Source of the DNA: Horticoccus luteus
Lineage (GTDB): Bacteria > Verrucomicrobiota > Verrucomicrobiia > Opitutales > Opitutaceae
DNA length: 32,000 bases
Reading direction: 5' to 3'
Assembly: GCF_019464535.1 (NCBI RefSeq)
Contig: NZ_CP080507.1
Location: 3,180,001-3,212,000, forward strand
Shown here: positions 30,993 to 32,000 of the stretch, in pieces
Position numbering within the stretch: the first letter of the stretch is position 1
Layout: every line of letters starts with the position of its first letter
Translations under genes and position numbers: made by a program
The notes under the pieces: generated by a model
Database searches by the model: none
Told to the model about the DNA's origin: nothing
The model's input: only the letters and a program-made list of their open reading frames with translations

Positions 30993-32000
30993 ATGCGGTT
31001 CGTTTCCTTTGTCGTCTCAGTCTGCCTCGCGTTTCTCGTCACCGTCGACGGCGTGCGTGCGCAATCCGCCGCGCCCGCCGCCCGCGAATGGGGCCGGCCC
31101 TTGGTGCGCACCTTCACGCCCCGCGACTACCAAGCCGATCCGCTTTGTCAGGCCGTTGTCCAAGGCGCGGACGGGATTCTCCTGATCGCCAACAACACCG
31201 ATGCCCTCGCTTACGACGGCGACACGTGGCAGCCGATCGCGCTGCCGTCCGCGTCCACCGGAATCGACCAGCTCGTCGCCGCTGCCGACGGGTTTGTCTA
31301 CGCCGCGGGCGGGAGCGTGCTGGGCTATTTTCGCGGCGCCGCCGGCCGCAAGGAATACGTTTCTCTCCTCGATCGCCTCCCCGGCGCGCAGGAACGCGCC
31401 GCTCGGGAATTCGCCATCGCCGCCGGACGCGACGCGCTTTACTGCGCGGATGAAACCACGCTGTGGGCGTGGCGCGGTGGAAATTTTTCGCGCATCGGCG
31501 GCGCGCCTCTCCCCCGCGGCGCCAAGCTCTTCGCCGTCGATGGCACCGTTTACGTCGGCGCCGAGGGCGCGCCGCTGTTCGTCGTCGCTCACGATCAACT
31601 CGCCCTCTTTGCCGATGCGCCCCGGCTGCGTGCGCACGAACCCGTGTTCGTCGAGCCCGGTGAGCATGGCGGCCTTCGCGTGCTCACCGAAGACGGCGGT
31701 TTCCTCGATGTCACGCCCTCGGAGACGGTCGCTCATCCCATCCCGGCCGATGCGCAACTGGCGGGAAAACAAGTGCGCCATGCGCAACGCCTCTCCGACG
31801 GTTCGTGCGTGATCGCGTTTTCCGCCGCCAGCGGCAACGGCGGTTTGCACCTCGCCGCCGACGGCCGTGCGCTCGGCCCGATCGACGAAACCATCGGCCT
31901 CCCGAACCGCGCGCTGCGCGACTTCGGCGTCGATCGCGAAGGCGGATTGTGGATCGGCCTCGAGTCCGGTCTCGCGCGCGTGGCCTGGCCCGGCGCGGTC
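30993..32000 (+). CDS. 5' part of a secreted or periplasmic propeller-repeat sensor protein (two-component-regulator-propeller type); partial, runs off the window end
   Basis: Not in the ORF track because no stop is reached. My translation from ATG 30993 is open to position 32000. It starts 'MRFVSFVVSVCLAFLVTVDGVRAQS' (signal peptide) and then shows repeated beta-propeller-like units, ending with 'FGVDREGGLWIGLESGLARV', typical of Reg_prop repeats. The frame is GC3-rich. Confidence 0.7.
   Translation, partial: MRFVSFVVSVCLAFLVTVDGVRAQSAAPAAREWGRPLVRTFTPRDYQADPLCQAVVQGADGILLIANNTDALAYDGDTWQPIALPSASTGIDQLVAAADGFVYAAGGSVLGYFRGAAGRKEYVSLLDRLPGAQERAAREFAIAAGRDALYCADETTLWAWRGGNFSRIGGAPLPRGAKLFAVDGTVYVGAEGAPLFVVAHDQLALFADAPRLRAHEPVFVEPGEHGGLRVLTEDGGFLDVTPSETVAHPIPADAQLAGKQVRHAQRLSDGSCVIAFSAASGNGGLHLAADGRALGPIDETIGLPNRALRDFGVDREGGLWIGLESGLARVAWPGAV

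Noticed and set aside
1-32000. Scan for CRISPR arrays, rRNA/tRNA genes, riboswitch-like leaders, IS elements, integrases and prophage genes.
   Set aside because: No intergenic gap exceeds about 190 bp. None shows spaced direct repeats or a tRNA-like cloverleaf that I can recognise, and no ORF carries transposase or integrase motifs. Small ncRNAs cannot be excluded without covariance-model searches.

Overview
This is a high-GC bacterial chromosomal window with a strong G/C bias at third codon positions. A PEP-CTERM protein, a propeller-type sensor and the overall gene content fit a Verrucomicrobiota/Opitutales-like origin, but I cannot verify that here. All family calls rest on motifs I recognise by eye in the ORF translations; no searches were run.

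**Left part (1-7.4 kb), mostly housekeeping-type genes:**
- A minus-strand pterin cluster: 6-pyruvoyl-tetrahydropterin synthase family enzyme, GTP cyclohydrolase FolE2, and a short-chain dehydrogenase (SDR).
- A metallo-beta-lactamase (MBL)-fold hydrolase, tightly followed by a 532-aa orphan protein.
- A PEP-CTERM protein with tandem intrinsic terminators.
- Pyruvate kinase.

**7.4-30.1 kb, a dense metal-homeostasis island with no visible mobility genes:**
- A small Cys/His membrane protein, then a CzcC-like outer membrane factor and a CzcA-like RND pump, with no adaptor gene.
- A convergent three-gene module in cnrYXH order (small membrane protein, periplasmic Metal_resist-like sensor, ECF sigma factor).
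- A divergent, complete cusCBA-type operon. Its adaptor carries an extra N-terminal Cys-rich metal-binding module and a C-terminal DUF3347-like module.
- A stand-alone DUF3347 protein, a Cu(I)-type P1B ATPase lacking a CxxC HMA domain, and a CXXCH protein.
- ChrA, a LysR regulator, and a YeiH-like transporter.
- A rhodanese/DUF2892 protein, a CDF exporter, and an unusually long His-rich COG0523 GTPase.

**Right edge:**
- A small two-gene toxin-antitoxin-like module whose nucleotidyltransferase-fold gene looks doubly frameshifted.
- The 5' part of a propeller-repeat sensor gene running off the window.

I could not support any rRNA, tRNA, CRISPR array, transposase or integrase. The most unusual items are the ECF/sensor module between two heavy-metal (HME-type) RND operons, the adaptor-less OMF-RND pair led by a Cys/His mini-protein, the repeated DUF3347-type modules, and the expanded COG0523 protein.
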